Below, one piece after another: positions 52,651-54,850 of a stretch of DNA of 54,850 nt. The stretch comes from a virus (taxonomy: Duplodnaviria; Heunggongvirae; Uroviricota; Caudoviricetes), in IMG/VR virus record IMGVR_UViG_3300042901_002340. One strand, given 5' to 3'. The position numbers and the translations under genes are program-made. The notes beneath the pieces are model-generated. The model had not been told where the DNA came from, did not search any database, and was given only the letters and a program-made list of their open reading frames with translations. The first letter of the stretch is position 1, and the number at the start of each line of letters is the position of its first letter.

Positions 52651-53529
52651 CTATTTTCTTTCGTTATTAAAGTATTCTAGAAGCGTATACTGATCAAAGG
52701 ATCTTCGGTCACTACTTCTACTAGTTGGAGCATAATTTTGCTTAACAGCGTCAATATACATGGTAAAACAGAAGTCATCACCCATGTAAAATTTATCCCA
52801 TCCTTTGTTAGTGAATAGACGCTTAACATCAAGCTGTTCGATTGCTAGATTGTCAAAAGAAACCACGCATTTGCCAAGATACTTTGGTAAATGAATGTAC
52901 CATCTTCTAATTTCTTTCTCAACTGCATCACTATGGAAATTAACACCAAACCCAAAATGCTTATAACCCAGGATAAGTACTTTGCATTTACCAAGGGAGA
53001 TTAGCTTCTCCATATCATCAACCTTATTGACACCAGCTATAATATGATAAACTATATTATCACTTATTCCTAGCAAAGGTTTAACATAGGTGAAATTATT
53101 GTTGGTTATGGAAATACCCACACCCTTAACTAGCTCATCTTTTATAAGATAAACTAGCATCTTCTGGAAAGTCTTAAGGTGACCCTGATTTACAGTTAGA
53201 TTTGCAACTATACCTCTCTCCTTAAGTGCCTGTAGAAATGGTATAAGCCCAGGATGGGCTAGAGGATTACCTCCGCCTATTGCTAACTCCACGCCGGCAG
53301 GCAGATCTTTCAGGATTTCAAGAAGAACGTCAAGATCGCCATGAACACCAGCTTTAGTGGAACTCTCGTGGCAATATGCACATCCCATATCGCAATAGTC
53401 CGTGATTTTTACATCTATGCTTTCCGGATGAAAAACAATAGGAGTACCTTCATACTCCCTTATCTTTGTGCCATCACTCATAAGGGTAACTGTAGTGTTA
53501 CCGTTTTGGTATGTATTAATGGTTGTCAT
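52651..53529 (-). CDS. Radical SAM enzyme
   Basis: CDMGCAYC (CxxxCxxC), LAIGGGNPL, NLTVN. Confidence 0.9.
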   Translation of the reverse strand: MTTINTYQNGNTTVTLMSDGTKIREYEGTPIVFHPESIDVKITDYCDMGCAYCHESSTKAGVHGDLDVLLEILKDLPAGVELAIGGGNPLAHPGLIPFLQALKERGIVANLTVNQGHLKTFQKMLVYLIKDELVKGVGISITNNNFTYVKPLLGISDNIVYHIIAGVNKVDDMEKLISLGKCKVLILGYKHFGFGVNFHSDAVEKEIRRWYIHLPKYLGKCVVSFDNLAIEQLDVKRLFTNKGWDKFYMGDDFCFTMYIDAVKQNYAPTSRSSDRRSFDQYTLLEYFNNERK

Positions 53530-53971
53530 TGTCAGTCTCTAGTATTGATTCTCTATTGAAAATAAACTGTCTAAGGGTTTCTTGATTTTCAAAAACCCAA
53601 TGGAGTTGGTTATCCTCTGATGATTGATGATCAATATAACCATACCTATAGTATTTGTCGTCAGTTTCATTAAAGATGACATCGCTACAGCCAGTTTGTT
53701 TCTTAATTACCTCCTTAAGCATTCCTTCAAATTCTGCTTCCCTGTCACCACAGTAATTCTTAACGTAGGTAAGCATATAACTTGCCTTTGTTACTGAGTC
53801 AGTATAAACTTCCTCCTCCCATCCAAATTCTCCTGGCTCAACCACAACATTGTCATTCTCATCCATTAGCATGACATTGTCCATTAGTTCATCCGAATTT
53901 ACCTCCGAAACCGAGATACTGTGTGAACTTGAGCTGTTAGTTTCAAAAACAGCATTTCTGATTTTTTTCAT
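53516..53971 (-). CDS. Phage protein with FETNSSSSHS N-terminal motif
   Basis: IRNAVFETNSSSSHSI, YGYIDHQS, ends DNDNH. Likely start MKKIRN at 53971. Confidence 0.75.
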   Translation of the reverse strand: MKKIRNAVFETNSSSSHSISVSEVNSDELMDNVMLMDENDNVVVEPGEFGWEEEVYTDSVTKASYMLTYVKNYCGDREAEFEGMLKEVIKKQTGCSDVIFNETDDKYYRYGYIDHQSSEDNQLHWVFENQETLRQFIFNRESILETDNDNH

Positions 53972-53972
53972 T

Positions 53973-54443
53973 TTAGTGTGCATAAATTGTTAGACCATAG
54001 CAGATTTCAATTTCTCCATACTGCTTTTTATAATAATTAATATATTTTTCGTATTCTTTGGTGAATTCATCAACTATCGATTCATAATTGTTATTTTTAC
54101 CGATGAAGTTTATACAATCCAAATCATCAATATCAACATCTATAACATACTTTGGATTTCTGTTACTTAATAAAAATACCTCAAATCCCTTACCGGCACC
54201 ATGATATTCAGGTTGCCAGAATTCATCCTCGTTATATCCTTCTTCCTGGATATAAGCCGATGGATAATTTTTCTCCTTCCTCGTAAATTTTTCGCTTTTG
54301 AATTCTCTCCCTGTTTCTGGACAAAATTTAGTTTTCTTTGTTTTACCGGTTTCAGGATCCACAAATTTAGTTTCAGTGATTTCTATTTCCTTTATTGGTG
54401 CCTTTATGAAGACACCTAGATAAATTGAAGTATATGTTCCCAT
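53973..54443 (-). CDS. Hypothetical protein
   Basis: 156 aa; FCPETG; first gene after the 54460 promoter. Confidence 0.7.
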   Translation of the reverse strand: MGTYTSIYLGVFIKAPIKEIEITETKFVDPETGKTKKTKFCPETGREFKSEKFTRKEKNYPSAYIQEEGYNEDEFWQPEYHGAGKGFEVFLLSNRNPKYVIDVDIDDLDCINFIGKNNNYESIVDEFTKEYEKYINYYKKQYGEIEICYGLTIYAH

Positions 54444-54459
54444 GTTTTATTATTTTATG

Positions 54460-54492
54460 CAAATATAATAAAAAGGATCGGAATAAAAAAAT
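54460..54492 (-). promoter_or_regulatory. Bacteroidota-type promoter (TAnnTTTG) with conserved CG element
   Basis: caaatata 54460-54467, 11-nt spacer, cg 54479-54480, A-tract. Confidence 0.75.
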
Positions 54493-54514
54493 AAATATAT
54501 AAATAAAAAAGATA

Positions 54515-54730
54515 ATGAAACCAAGTCAAGAATATTTAGACATGATCGCAAAAAGACTGGAGGGTATGAATCCAGGTCTTGTGGGTGGTGTTAATGTAGG
54601 TGGCGAATGCATGGAGCCATTCAAAATGCCAAGTTTTATAGACCAGGTCGGAATGTCCGCCATGGAGTATCTGAAGAATAAAAAGGATCCAGATATACAG
54701 CCAGATCCTCTATTTCCAGATAGAAATTAA
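54515..54730 (+). CDS. Hypothetical protein
   Basis: 71 aa; preceded by AATATATA (54494-54501) at a strand switch. Confidence 0.6.
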   Translation: MKPSQEYLDMIAKRLEGMNPGLVGGVNVGGECMEPFKMPSFIDQVGMSAMEYLKNKKDPDIQPDPLFPDRN

Positions 54731-54850
54731 AATATAAGATTATACAGCCAGGAAAATATGTTATATGCTACAATAAACATGACAGCCCACGTTATAATAG
54801 CAGTCCAATTTAAGCATCTCATATTCTTTCTCTGACATTGAAATTTCTTT

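Noticed and set aside
11-54730. Many antisense or nested ORFs in the track (e.g. 11..196+, 457..735+, 2101..2454+, 9025..9300+, 18748..19128-, 30983..31429+, 37311..37685+, 43486..43839-, 46778..47293-, 47822..48082+)
   Set aside because: They lie wholly opposite or within well-supported genes, have Ser/Phe/Leu-rich shadow composition and show no recognisable motifs
1-54850. tRNA, rRNA or other structured RNA genes
   Set aside because: No T-loop (GTTCGA/GTTCAA) cloverleaf context or rRNA-like sequence was seen; nearly all gaps are explained by small ORFs, promoters or terminators. A tRNAscan-SE/Infernal run would be needed to be certain
1-54850. Stop-codon reassignment, as seen in some large Bacteroidota phages
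   Set aside because: Known protein families are full-length under the standard code, and TAA, TAG (e.g. 47330, 20652) and TGA (e.g. 695) all end genes right next to the following start or a terminator
1-54850. Cellular chromosome, prophage or eukaryotic giant-virus origin
   Set aside because: There are no housekeeping operons, integrase or repressor; dense small ORFs, endolysins, a holin-like gene, bacterial promoters and intrinsic terminators fit a lytic bacteriophage

Overview
This is a 54.9 kb gene-dense fragment of a large lytic dsDNA (jumbo-type) bacteriophage genome. It has about 105 CDS, mostly on the minus strand, with frequent overlapping stop/start codons and the standard genetic code. 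I saw no tRNA, rRNA, CRISPR array or integrase. The host is most likely Bacteroidota (inference): eight TAnnTTTG promoter elements, A-rich leaders without Shine-Dalgarno sequences, a Bacteroidota-type outer-membrane beta-barrel and a Bacteroidota-like ClpP. Recognisable genes cover tRNA/RNA maintenance and repair (PTH2, CCA enzyme, a second nucleotidyltransferase, tRNA-binding protein, Rnl1 and DRB0094-type RNA ligases, PNK-like kinase, metallophosphoesterase, HAD, cyclic-phosphate receiver, NUDIX), DNA metabolism (Dda-like helicase, Fpg/MutM, DEDD exonuclease, two HNH-like proteins), protein control (ClpP, AAA ATPase, thioredoxin, vWA), a GT6 glycosyltransferase and a radical SAM enzyme. Four features stand out. 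(1) A putative late lysis operon in which a GH19 endolysin and an M15 peptidase are followed directly by a complete PAS-PAS histidine kinase, a stand-alone response regulator and a coiled-coil membrane protein, facing a holin-like gene. (2) A tandem array of seven paralogous cassette genes with conserved ends and variable middles. (3) Two recurrent promoter classes: TAnnTTTG with an invariant CG 11 nt upstream, and GATATATA. (4) Nine proteins downstream of GATATATA-type motifs that share an N-terminal motif resembling the T4 capsid-targeting sequence. All functional calls come from motif recognition by eye; no database search was possible.
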